Below the pieces are notes generated by a model that did no database searches, had not been told where the DNA came from, and saw nothing but the letters and a program-made list of their open reading frames with translations. Shown one piece after another: positions 1 through 9,636 of a DNA stretch of 64,000 nt. Numbering within the stretch: position 1 is the first letter of the stretch; each line of letters begins with the position of its first letter. The position numbers and the translations under genes are program-made. Source of the DNA: Promethearchaeota archaeon (lineage in GTDB: Archaea; Asgardarchaeota; Lokiarchaeia; Sigyniarchaeales; SOKP01); NCBI GenBank assembly GCA_048937405.1, contig JBHLNF010000009.1:96001-160000 (forward strand), given 5' to 3'.

Positions 1-1
1 T

Positions 2-640
2 GATAAAAACACTTTAATATTAGTTACTGATGAAGGAAAAGATCCTAATAAATACTCAAGGTGTTTTGAATCTTTTTTAAGATTTTCTGCTGAATGTTGT
101 AATGTTCCCACTCAACAATCTCAAGTTCCTACTCAAGCAGCATCACAACAAACTGGCGCAGTTAGAACTCCAGGTGGTCAAGAATTAAAAACTTGGACTG
201 CTGAAGAATTAGCTCAGGAGGCTCAAAAACGGATGGCTTCTCAACCAGATATGCCCTCCTGGACAGAAGAAGAATTAACTAAATTTACTTCTGAACGTGG
301 GACCGGATTACCTGAAGGAATGGAGGTTTGGACTGAGGATGAATTACATGAATTATCACGAAAAAGACAAGGAGGACTGGATATACCAGAATGGAAAGTG
401 GATGAAAGTATGAAAGAATGCATTAAATGCGGCTATAGTTTAAGACCTGGATGGAGTCGTTGTCCAATTTGTGAAACTCCAGTAGACGCACAACCAGAAC
501 AGGAGATCTCTGAAGAATCCAAGGAAATGGATTCTAAGGTACCTAAAGAAGATTTTTCTGAAAAAGATATTCAAGAAGTTAATGAGGAATCAAAAGAAGA
601 ATCCTTAGAACAACTTAAAGATGAAAAAGAAGAGGACTAA
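2..640 (+). CDS. 5'-truncated hypothetical protein with three WTxEEL repeats, a C4 zinc ribbon and an acidic tail
   Basis: Frame of ORF 233..640 stays open to the window edge (DKNTLILVTDEGKDP...); WTAEEL/WTEEEL/WTEDEL; CIKC..CPIC. Confidence 0.8.
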   Translation, partial: DKNTLILVTDEGKDPNKYSRCFESFLRFSAECCNVPTQQSQVPTQAASQQTGAVRTPGGQELKTWTAEELAQEAQKRMASQPDMPSWTEEELTKFTSERGTGLPEGMEVWTEDELHELSRKRQGGLDIPEWKVDESMKECIKCGYSLRPGWSRCPICETPVDAQPEQEISEESKEMDSKVPKEDFSEKDIQEVNEESKEESLEQLKDEKEED

Positions 641-818
641 TAAATTTCTTAATTTTTTATTTAAGTATGCAATTTTACCTTATAGATATCAATAAAAGGT
701 AATTCTTCAATACTATATTCCAAAATCTTAATATTAAAAGAAATCAATAAGTTTCCCAACTTTTTTTAATTTAATTTTATTTTCAAAAATATATAAATTA
801 AGCTTTTTGAATATATAG

Positions 819-1817
819 TTGCTACTTAACATATTTTTATTCAAAGGAAATAAGATCCAGGATTTACAAGATCTAAATATATATAGCTATCCCAATGAAA
901 TTATCAGTATTGATAATAAAACACTAATCAATAAGATTATAAAGAATCATGATAAAGATAAATCTAGTCAAAAAACAAATTCAAATCAATTCACAATCGC
1001 GGAACCAATCGCTCAATTTATTGATGATTTAAATATATACTCTTCTTGTATTAATGGTAAAATCATTATTGGTTTAATTTTTGATAATGAAGATAATCCT
1101 TATGATTATAAAGAAATAATTGAGGAAGTACTGACTGAAATTTTGAATGATAATAATGGGTACTCCTTCAATGATGAGATTGAAGTTGAAAATTTACTAA
1201 TTTCTATGTTTATTGATATTAGAAGGTTTGGTGACGAAGTAATCGAAAAACCTCTTGATATTGAATATTATTATCAGACGGAATCCTTTTTCAAAATCTT
1301 TCTTTTTGGAATTGATGAAGTGGGAAAATCAAGTTTAATAAGACGAATGAAAACTGGTGAGTTTAATGATAATTTCTTTGTTCCAACAAGAAAATTCAAC
1401 ATTGAATATATCCCTGTAAAAGAAAAAGGTTTACTCGCAGTATGGGATATGCCAGGACAAAAATTATTTAGATCAAAATGGTTAAAAGGACTTCAGGATT
1501 CCAATATTATCATCTATATGATTGATGTAGCTAATCAAAGAAGGTTTGAAGAATCAAAAGAAGAGTTTTGGAATGTTTTGAATAACTATGAATTGAATGG
1601 AACGCCCCTACTTATATTAGGCAATAAGACAGATTTAGTAAAAGTTTCTAATGAGAGTAATGATGATCAACTAATCCTCTTGAAAGAAGAATTATTTAAT
1701 TTTTATGGTTTGAATAAAATAAAAAACCGAAAGTGGAAATTCCTATTTACCTCAGTTAAGACTAATTTTAATATCAGTAATGTAATTTCTGAGATATTTA
1801 ATCTACTCTCATCTTAA
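819..1817 (+). CDS. Arf-like small GTPase with N-terminal longin/uDENN-like domain
   Basis: G1 GIDEVGKS, G3 WDMPGQ, G4 NKTD, G5 TSVK; ~150 aa N-terminal alpha/beta extension. Confidence 0.85.
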   Translation: MLLNIFLFKGNKIQDLQDLNIYSYPNEIISIDNKTLINKIIKNHDKDKSSQKTNSNQFTIAEPIAQFIDDLNIYSSCINGKIIIGLIFDNEDNPYDYKEIIEEVLTEILNDNNGYSFNDEIEVENLLISMFIDIRRFGDEVIEKPLDIEYYYQTESFFKIFLFGIDEVGKSSLIRRMKTGEFNDNFFVPTRKFNIEYIPVKEKGLLAVWDMPGQKLFRSKWLKGLQDSNIIIYMIDVANQRRFEESKEEFWNVLNNYELNGTPLLILGNKTDLVKVSNESNDDQLILLKEELFNFYGLNKIKNRKWKFLFTSVKTNFNISNVISEIFNLLSS

Positions 1818-1905
1818 ATTAGAATCTATTATCTATTATCATATTACTATAATCCCTATAATAACAATGATAAGAAATAACATATTTTAACTCAAAATAA
1901 TAATC

Positions 1906-1961
1906 TTTAATGTTTTTTCTTTGGAAACCAAGGAATTAATCTTGAAACTTGTTTTTTATAA
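1906..1961. repeat. Direct repeat copy A: duplicate of the 3' end of the DUF1295 gene
   Basis: 56 bp with 4 mismatches to 2590..2645; minus strand reads YKKQVSRLIPWFPKKKH*. Confidence 0.9.
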
Positions 1962-2042
1962 AAATTTTTTTACTAAACTAGACAAAACTGTTAAAATAAT
2001 TTAATTCTTATTAATATTATTGTAAGAGGTAGAAATTGTATT

Positions 2043-2552
2043 ATGGTAAAAATTTATTGTTCCTATACCATCACAAATCCTCAAGAAATATATAATCCAA
2101 ATGATCAAATTTCAGGTATTTTTTATATTGAAAGCAAGGAAAAAGAAGGTAAAAAGGATAAAATATTAAAAAAAGTGGAAATTCATCTATGTGAAATATA
2201 TAAAGAAAAAGAAACGGATTTTGACATGGCAGTAGGATGGGGTACAAAAACTGAATGGTTTGAATATAAAAGGAAAATAAGAAAATATGAATTTAAAAGT
2301 AATATCAATATTAAATCAGGTGAAATAAAAAGCTATAAATTCGAAATCAAGCTGCCTTGGTGGACTCCAAGAGTTTCTGAAGATATTAGGGATTGGCACC
2401 TTGCTCTACTTTTTAAGCAGAAAACTGGTATGAAGTTAAATTTAGGTAAATCACCACTCAATGCTTATTATGTGATCCCCGTATTATATTCTGCTCGCCC
2501 AAGCTCCCCAATTAGTACTGCTGGAAGAAAAGAGGAAATTCCTAATTTTTAG
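2043..2552 (+). CDS. Arrestin-N/Vps26/SpoOM-like beta-sandwich protein
   Basis: IYNPNDQISG...KKVEIHL...IKSGEIKSYKFEIKLP pattern typical of arrestin N-domains. Confidence 0.55.
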   Translation: MVKIYCSYTITNPQEIYNPNDQISGIFYIESKEKEGKKDKILKKVEIHLCEIYKEKETDFDMAVGWGTKTEWFEYKRKIRKYEFKSNINIKSGEIKSYKFEIKLPWWTPRVSEDIRDWHLALLFKQKTGMKLNLGKSPLNAYYVIPVLYSARPSSPISTAGRKEEIPNF

Positions 2553-2569
2553 GAGCTCCTAAAAAAACT

Positions 2570-3493
2570 TTAATGACTATCGAAAGTAGTTTGATGTTTT
2601 TTCTTAGGAATCCAAGGTATTAATCTTGAAACTTGTTTTTTATAATTTATATAACTAGGTTTCCTTTCTAAATTTCTCCTTTCCATTAGAGGAATACTTA
2701 CTGCATTGAAAAGTATAGTTATAGAAATTGGACCAACAATCGTCCAATAATAGGATACATTCGCTGCTAAGGCAAAAAGAAATAATCCCCACCAAAATAA
2801 TATTTCTCCAAAATAATTTGGGTGTCTCGAAAAAGCCCATAATCCCTTTGTAATAATCTCTTGATTGCTTTTTCGTTTTTTAATAAATTTATAAAGCTGT
2901 TGATCAGCTAGTGCTTCTATAAGTATTGCAATAATCATAACTAAAAATGCAAAAATATCGATAATCCCGATTCTGTTTGCAGCTAAAGAAAATATTGGAT
3001 ATAGTGAAGTTGCCCCTAAATACACCAAGATTGTAGGCATTAATTGTAAGCCAATAAGATTGATAATCCAAAACTCTTTCCCCATTTTTAATCTGTAATT
3101 TTTATACCTCCAATCTTCATGCTTTAACCCTTGCCATTGACGTAACCAGTTATAAGTTAATCGAATTGACCAAATGGTAATGAGGATAGCAACAATTATA
3201 CTCCGTTGATAACCATATTTACTTGATGAGGTAAAAAGTAAATAATATAATGTTATTATTAATGGTGCTACACTCCAATAAGGATCATAAAAACTTGTAT
3301 TCTTGAAAATCGAGCTTATTATAAAAATAACAACTGTTCCCACTAAATCAGCGAATAAAATCATTAATAAAGGGTGTAAATGCCTGAATAAAATTCCAAC
3401 CATAATTGATATTGTACTTGCAATAATATAGGAAATTGTACAATACGCATATGCTTTGAATATTGATTTATTGTGTCTAGTGATATCTTTCAT
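2570..3493 (-). CDS. DUF1295 / steroid 5-alpha-reductase-like membrane protein
   Basis: YDPYWS, EDWRY, ADQQL, GLWAFSRHPNYFGE motifs; multiple TM segments. Confidence 0.9.
   Translation of the reverse strand: MKDITRHNKSIFKAYAYCTISYIIASTISIMVGILFRHLHPLLMILFADLVGTVVIFIISSIFKNTSFYDPYWSVAPLIITLYYLLFTSSSKYGYQRSIIVAILITIWSIRLTYNWLRQWQGLKHEDWRYKNYRLKMGKEFWIINLIGLQLMPTILVYLGATSLYPIFSLAANRIGIIDIFAFLVMIIAILIEALADQQLYKFIKKRKSNQEIITKGLWAFSRHPNYFGEILFWWGLFLFALAANVSYYWTIVGPISITILFNAVSIPLMERRNLERKPSYINYKKQVSRLIPWIPKKKHQTTFDSH
2590..2645. repeat. Direct repeat copy B, inside the 3' end of the DUF1295 gene
   Basis: Matches 1906..1961. Confidence 0.9.
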
Positions 3494-3741
3494 ATCTAAC
3501 TCACATTTCCCATTTCTGGTTAAGATTAATTCAATAGATTTATTAAATCTATGGAATTCTTTGAAATTACAATATCTTAATGGATTAATTAGAGTGAAAT
3601 TTCACACTTTTTTCAATTAATAGAGATTAGATTTTGAGTTTTGGAATATAATAATTAAAATAAAATCTAATATAACTCTAATTATAATCAAATATCAAAA
3701 AAACAAAAAAACAAAAAAATAAAAATTGATGTGAGAAACCT

Positions 3742-6087
3742 TTGGAAAAGAGAGGAGCCAAAGTAAAAATTGATGAATATAAAGGGCCTTTAGGTACAAT
3801 TAAAGGATTTGAATTAACAACAGGTAAAGTTTCTTATGGCGATGAAACTGAATGGGAACCTATGGGACCACATCCAATGCCACATATTCCAACTCTACGT
3901 TCATGGTTTTTCAAAATGATGAAAAGATATAAGCCTTTCTATATGCCAATTTGTGATATGTGCTGTTTATGCACATATGGGAAATGTAATCTTTCCAAGG
4001 GGCGAACAGGTGCATGTGGGATCAATATGGAGACACAACAGAGCCGAATAGTAGAGATTGCTTGTTGTATAGGAGCAGCGTGCCATTCTGCACACGGAGA
4101 TCATCTATTACATTGGTTAAAAGAAAAATATGGTAATGTTCCCATTAATTTCGGTAATAATATAGCCGTTGAGATGCCTCATACAAGATTAGTTGTTGGT
4201 ATGAAACCTGAAACTTTAGAAGATTTAGAAACCGCTATGGAGTGGGTGCATTTTACAATAACACACTTATTAGCAGCTGGACATACAGGACAAGAAAGTT
4301 CTTATTTAGATTATGAATCGAAAAGCTTTTTAGCAGGCTTAGCAGATTCAGTTGGTATGGAGATTTCTGACGCTGTTCAAATTGCTGCATACGGATTTCC
4401 TATGGGAGACCCAGATGTTCCAATAGTAGAACTTGGTATGGGAACATTAGATACAAGTAAGGCTGTAATTTTAATGATTGGACATAATGTTGCCCCTGGA
4501 GTCGAATTAGTTGATTATATAAGAGAAAAAGGTATAGACGATAAGGTAGATGTTGGAGCAATTTGTTGCACTGCTCATGATTTAACTAGATATTATGATG
4601 GTGCTAAGATTGTAGGTTCAATGTCAAGACAGCTTCATGTTATTCGATCAGGGATTCCAGATGTTGTAATGGTTGATGAACAATGTGTAAATCTAAGATC
4701 ATTTGAGCAAGCCCAATTGATTGGTGCTCCTTTTATCGCTACAAATGAAAAGAATATGAGTGGGTTACCTGATAGAACAAATGATCCAATCAATGAAATT
4801 GTTGATGATTTAGTAAGTGGAAAGGAACCAGGAGTCTTAATTTTAGATCCAATAAAAGCTGGTGCAGTGGCATCCGAAACGGCATTAAAAGTCAAACCTA
4901 TTAGAAAAGCAAAAAGTGGAGTTCCTGATGAACAAGGTTGTATTGATATGGCGATGAATTGTAATGGTTGTGGTAATTGCCAGAGAAATTGTCCAAACGA
5001 TTTACCCCTTGTAGAAGGAGTAAAATTGGCAAAGGATGGGGATTTTTCAGTATTGGCTGGAGTATTTGATGACTGTTTAGGATGTGGACGATGTGAGGGA
5101 GATTGCATGAAGGGTGTGTCTCCTTTGACTTTATTACAGTATGCTGCTAGAGAAAAGATTAGAAATGAGAAATTTAACTGTCGAGTAGGGCGCGGGCCTA
5201 TTATGGATACAGAAATTAGGAATGTTGGTGCTCCCATTGTCTTGGGAGAAATTCCAGGAATTGTTGCAATTATTGGATGTGCAAGTTATGCTCATGAAAT
5301 TCAAGAACTTTATAAAATGGCTGAAGAATTTCTAACTAGAAATTACATAGTTGTAGTCTCAGGCTGTGGAGCAATGGATATTGGTCTTGTAAAGGATGAA
5401 GAAGGGAAGACATTATATGATAGATTTCCAGGTGATTTTGATAGAGGCGGTTTAGTAAATGTAGGAAGTTGTGTAAGTAATCCTCATATTACTGGAGCTG
5501 CTATTAAAGTTGCTAATATCTTTGCTCGAAGACCATTACGTGGTAATTTTGAAGAAATTGCGGATTATGTTTTAAACAGAGTTGGTGCAGTTGGTGTTGC
5601 ATGGGGAGCTATGTCTCAAAAGGCAGCTAGTATAGCTAGTATGGCAAATGGTTTAGGTGTGCCTGCTGTTTGTGGACCTCATGCCGCAGAATATAGAAGA
5701 ATGTATATTGGACGCTCTGATGATGAAGATGTTTGGAAAGTGTTCAATGCTCGAGATGGAACAGCTGATCATCTAGTTGGACCTGGACCTGAACATCTAT
5801 TAACAACCGCGGAAAGTATAGAACAAGCTATCTGTTTAGTCGCCAAACTAGCTTTAAGACCAGCAGATAATTCTAAAGGACGAATGATAAAATTATCTCA
5901 TTGGATCGATTTAGAGAGAAAATATAAGGGTGTTAAATTCCCTAATGATTTAGAGAAATTTATCCGTCTAGAAGCTGATATTCCTATTAATATGAAAGAT
6001 GAAATAATGGCATATCTGAAAGAAAAAGGATGGAAACCAAAAGAGATAGTAGATCCAACACTTTTAAAAAGACTATGTAGGACCTAA
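3742..6087 (+). CDS. cdhA: CO dehydrogenase/acetyl-CoA synthase complex alpha subunit (archaeal CODH)
   Basis: WEPMGP, CDMCCLCTYGKC, GHNV, CCTAHD, two CxxCxxCxxxC clusters, GSCVSNPH, WGAMSQKA. Confidence 0.97.
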   Translation: MEKRGAKVKIDEYKGPLGTIKGFELTTGKVSYGDETEWEPMGPHPMPHIPTLRSWFFKMMKRYKPFYMPICDMCCLCTYGKCNLSKGRTGACGINMETQQSRIVEIACCIGAACHSAHGDHLLHWLKEKYGNVPINFGNNIAVEMPHTRLVVGMKPETLEDLETAMEWVHFTITHLLAAGHTGQESSYLDYESKSFLAGLADSVGMEISDAVQIAAYGFPMGDPDVPIVELGMGTLDTSKAVILMIGHNVAPGVELVDYIREKGIDDKVDVGAICCTAHDLTRYYDGAKIVGSMSRQLHVIRSGIPDVVMVDEQCVNLRSFEQAQLIGAPFIATNEKNMSGLPDRTNDPINEIVDDLVSGKEPGVLILDPIKAGAVASETALKVKPIRKAKSGVPDEQGCIDMAMNCNGCGNCQRNCPNDLPLVEGVKLAKDGDFSVLAGVFDDCLGCGRCEGDCMKGVSPLTLLQYAAREKIRNEKFNCRVGRGPIMDTEIRNVGAPIVLGEIPGIVAIIGCASYAHEIQELYKMAEEFLTRNYIVVVSGCGAMDIGLVKDEEGKTLYDRFPGDFDRGGLVNVGSCVSNPHITGAAIKVANIFARRPLRGNFEEIADYVLNRVGAVGVAWGAMSQKAASIASMANGLGVPAVCGPHAAEYRRMYIGRSDDEDVWKVFNARDGTADHLVGPGPEHLLTTAESIEQAICLVAKLALRPADNSKGRMIKLSHWIDLERKYKGVKFPNDLEKFIRLEADIPINMKDEIMAYLKEKGWKPKEIVDPTLLKRLCRT

Positions 6088-6197
6088 GATAATTTTTCTT
6101 ATTTTTTTTTCTATTTTTTTAGTTTCGTTTATAAAATAATAGGTTTACTAGACTATATTAAAATTTATTAAATTAGATTAGACTACTATTTAACTAA

Positions 6198-6587
6198 TTA
6201 TTTTAATAACCATTCTTTAGCATCTTCCATTGAGGATACTGCTTTAGCATTTAATCCTGAGAATTTATTCACAACATTAAGAAGTATTTTTTTTACACCT
6301 GTTATCCCTACAACAGCAGTTTTTTTTAAAAGTGGTTTTGATTTCTTACCAGATTCAACAAATGCATCAACTGCTTCTTTATTCGCATATGATCCAGTTA
6401 CATCAACTATTAATAAAATATCTTTTTTTCCTGATTGAAATGTAAGATCAGTAATTTTTTTGATTAAGGGTGCAAATTGTTCGGGATAAATATTAGTATA
6501 ATCATCAAGAAGAATTTCTTGTCCCTTGTAGTTAATCCATTTCATTCGCTTTTTAGCTTCAGCATCAAAATCTTTAATTTCTTGCAT
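6198..6587 (-). CDS. SpoIIAA/STAS-like hypothetical protein
   Basis: KTAVVGITGVKKILL...EDAKEWL signature. Confidence 0.65.
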   Translation of the reverse strand: MQEIKDFDAEAKKRMKWINYKGQEILLDDYTNIYPEQFAPLIKKITDLTFQSGKKDILLIVDVTGSYANKEAVDAFVESGKKSKPLLKKTAVVGITGVKKILLNVVNKFSGLNAKAVSSMEDAKEWLLK

Positions 6588-6717
6588 AGTAATTCAATTC
6601 TGATTGAATTCAAATAATCTAACAATAGACTAAGATTATATAAATCTATTCAAATAGAAAAGCTAAAACTTAATGTGAAAAGAATCTTATCATTACAAAA
6701 TAAGATCAAACTAAGAG

Positions 6718-6942
6718 ATGTATGGTATTTTGGATAAACAAGACAAGGATATTTTAAAATTATCAAAACTATGTAAACATTGGGCTGAACATAATGATTC
6801 CCATAAGGAAAATTTTATGAAATGGAGAAATATAGCAAAAGAAAAAGGTTTAGTATCTATAGCTGAAAAATTAGATGATGCAATTAGAATGTTAGATAAG
6901 TGTAATGAGTATTTAATTTCAGCAAATCAAGAATTAGAATAA
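6718..6942 (+). CDS. Small helical His-triad protein (HWxEHNxSH), putative metal (Ni) binding
   Basis: KHWAEHNDSHKENFMKW motif; 630 bp from cdhA. Confidence 0.65.
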   Translation: MYGILDKQDKDILKLSKLCKHWAEHNDSHKENFMKWRNIAKEKGLVSIAEKLDDAIRMLDKCNEYLISANQELE

Positions 6943-6966
6943 ACTTTAAAAATTTCATAAAGATAT

Positions 6967-8175
6967 TTAGAGAAAGAGATTAATTAGTGGGAGTAATTGT
7001 TCCCTAAAGTAATCGAGTCTTCCGTCTAATAATTCTGGGTTTTCTGAAAGCATCCATAAATATACAGGAATTTGTAATTCTGAATATTCAAATAGTTTTT
7101 CTCCACATATACTAAAACCATTAAGTGGCAAATCCAGTTTTATTGAATTTTCCCTTATTAAGCCAATTGAGTTGTAGAAGTTTGAGAGTGTTTGAAGTAA
7201 TAATGCTGTGTTATTTACTAACATTTCATCTGTATCTGACCCAGTATAGCTTCCAAAAATCAAACCATCCATTGATACTAAACTTGAAGCTTTTGCTTCT
7301 ACTTGATGGGCAAACTCTTCGAGTATATGTTCGATTATTTCAGAAGTATCAGATACTTTCTTTAGAGCTACACTGAACATTTGCATTATTGTTTCTCTCT
7401 GAAAAATCGTTGTATCACAATAATCGACTGAGAATCCTTCAAATTCCTTAGCTATACTGTTAAATTTGTTTTTTATACTTGTTACATTTTGCTGCCATTG
7501 AAGTGTTTTTCGTATGTCTTGATCACTCTTGCTTAAAACAACCAAAACTGAAGGCAATTCATGTAATTCTTGCAATACTTTTAAAACTTCTCGAAAATAA
7601 TTAGCAGCTTCAGGAATTCTATCAGGATCTTGGCTATCTACTACATATAACATAATATCCGCTTCAGTGAAAAATAGTTCTGGTCTATTAAAATATAGCT
7701 TCTCTCTGTACTGCACCTGTCCACCAAGATCCCAACTTATAATTGGATATCCAAAAAAATCGAGCTTCTCTCTTTTTACACCTCTAGTTGGTAAAAGAGA
7801 TTTAATAATAGAAAATTTATCTTGAACTACTGCAAGAATAGATGTTTTTCCTCCATTGTCAAGCCCTATCATCAATAGCTTTTTATGGCGTCTTAGTTGT
7901 TCCTTTATATTTTTCTGTATTACTTGAGCGATTTTTACCCATTTCAATAGCATACTAGGTAGAATCTCTTTTATCTCAGGAAGATTTGCTACAGATAAAT
8001 TTGCGAGTTCTTCAATATTTTTGATGCCTTCATTAGCCAAATGCTCAGAACTGATTTTATCAACACCTATTAACGTATCTGGTTTAAATCTTAGCACTTC
8101 ATCAATTTCATTAATCAGAACATTCCTTTTAAAGAAGTCTTTAATGGCTACACTCTTACTACTGTTTTCGGACAT
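6967..8175 (-). CDS. Small GTPase (Arf/Rag-like) with N-terminal helix-hairpin-helix and C-terminal roadblock-like domain
   Basis: LIGVDKISSEHLANEGIKNIEELA (HhH); GLDNGGKT, WDLGGQ, SKSD; ASSLVSMDGLIFGS (roadblock-like). Confidence 0.85.
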   Translation of the reverse strand: MSENSSKSVAIKDFFKRNVLINEIDEVLRFKPDTLIGVDKISSEHLANEGIKNIEELANLSVANLPEIKEILPSMLLKWVKIAQVIQKNIKEQLRRHKKLLMIGLDNGGKTSILAVVQDKFSIIKSLLPTRGVKREKLDFFGYPIISWDLGGQVQYREKLYFNRPELFFTEADIMLYVVDSQDPDRIPEAANYFREVLKVLQELHELPSVLVVLSKSDQDIRKTLQWQQNVTSIKNKFNSIAKEFEGFSVDYCDTTIFQRETIMQMFSVALKKVSDTSEIIEHILEEFAHQVEAKASSLVSMDGLIFGSYTGSDTDEMLVNNTALLLQTLSNFYNSIGLIRENSIKLDLPLNGFSICGEKLFEYSELQIPVYLWMLSENPELLDGRLDYFREQLLPLINLFL

Positions 8176-8397
8176 TAAACATCAAATTTAATTATTAATT
8201 TTCTTTTAACTAGTATTTTTATCTTTACTAGTAAAAAAAGGTATTATTAAATATATATTAATATTTGTAAAAAAAAACTTTATCTAATTGAAGTAGTATT
8301 AATTAATTAGTAATTAATAAAAGTATAAAAAATCAATTAATCAATATACCTATTTTCTATATTTAGGATAAGATAAACTTGAATTAGTTTAAATAAA

Positions 8398-9603
8398 ATG
8401 TCTGAGAATCGAATTCCTGAAAATCTGGTTATTTGCATAGACACGTCTAGATCAATGTATAGAACAGATTTTTCTCCACACAGATTAACATGTTGTATTT
8501 CTGCAATTAAGATACTGATTAAAGAGAGATTCACAATAGATAATTTAAGTGCGTTTGCTTTAATAAAATATGCTGACATCCCTACAATGGTTGTAGATTT
8601 TAGTACTTCAGGTTTTGAACATCATCTCATTGAAGGTTTAAATTCTTTGAAATGTGGTGGTTATTCTGCTATGGGGAATGCACTAGCTTTATCAATTAAA
8701 ACTTTAATTGGAGAATTACGTAAAATTGGAGCTAAATCACCTCGGATAATTCTGATTTCTGATGGAAATTTTATGAAAACAGCGGTTGATCCAATCAAGA
8801 TGGCACGTGTGGCTCAAGGGTTAAATATTCGAATAGATTCTTTTGGTATAGGCATAACAAGACGAGAAAATGTACTTAAGAAAATAAGTGATATTACTGA
8901 TGGTAGATTCTTTTATACTAATGATCCTGAATCATTAGTTAATTCAGCTAAGGAAATTGCTGATGATAACTATAAAACATACGGATCAGGTAAAGAAACA
9001 CTTATAGAAAATCCTGCTTTTCTTAGAAAGATTGCAGCAGATTTATTGAGAGTTCAAGATTTAACAAAAGATCAAGAACAAAGGGCAAAACAAATTAGAG
9101 GAGAAGTTGATTTTAAAAAATGTTCTATTTGCTTTTCGGATCAAAATCCATATACAAAAGGTTCTTTTTATGTAACTGGAAGATATTGTCCAAATTGTAC
9201 AACACCTTTTCATATACATTGTTTAGCAGCATGGGCAGACTCTCAAAAAAATCATCAAGTAAAGAAATCTGGTACTGCTAGATGTCCTCATTGTTTTTAC
9301 CTCCTGAAAATACCAATGGAGGTTACTCAAATTCAAAAACTACAAGTTCTTACCAGAGGAACGAAAGAAGACACTTCGCAGAAACCTGAAATTATGCCAG
9401 CTAAATATATAGAAGATGTTGCTTTGCTAGGGGAAGAGGCTCTCTTTAATGCATGCCCTGTATGTCATTTAATTTTTGACAAAGGTCAATCAGCTGTTCA
9501 ATGTGGAAATCTTCAGTGTAATACTCTTTATCATGAAGATTGTTTTAAAAAATTAAAAGAAGGACATTGTCGCAGTTGTGATATGAAGTTACATCTTTTC
9601 TGA
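8398..9603 (+). CDS. VWA domain (Ssl1/Rpn10-like) plus two C4HC3 RING-like fingers
   Basis: DTSRSM MIDAS, TDFSPHRL, LISDG; CSIC..CPNC..HIHC..W..CPHC and CPVC..CGNLQC..HEDC..CRSC. Confidence 0.85.
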   Translation: MSENRIPENLVICIDTSRSMYRTDFSPHRLTCCISAIKILIKERFTIDNLSAFALIKYADIPTMVVDFSTSGFEHHLIEGLNSLKCGGYSAMGNALALSIKTLIGELRKIGAKSPRIILISDGNFMKTAVDPIKMARVAQGLNIRIDSFGIGITRRENVLKKISDITDGRFFYTNDPESLVNSAKEIADDNYKTYGSGKETLIENPAFLRKIAADLLRVQDLTKDQEQRAKQIRGEVDFKKCSICFSDQNPYTKGSFYVTGRYCPNCTTPFHIHCLAAWADSQKNHQVKKSGTARCPHCFYLLKIPMEVTQIQKLQVLTRGTKEDTSQKPEIMPAKYIEDVALLGEEALFNACPVCHLIFDKGQSAVQCGNLQCNTLYHEDCFKKLKEGHCRSCDMKLHLF

Positions 9604-9636
9604 ATTTTTTAATCAGAACATTTAGAAGCTATAAAA

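Noticed and set aside
3696-3725. aaaaaaac tandem repeat before cdhA
   Set aside because: Low-complexity A-tract; no spacers, not CRISPR
4635-5237. Antisense or overlapping ORFs in the track (e.g. 241..423, 2655..2840, 4635..5237, 7125..7376, 8337..8579, 14807..15079, 20880..21227, 32584..32946, 34213..34461, 41603..41887, 57376..57666)
   Set aside because: Shadow frames of well-supported genes with no motifs of their own
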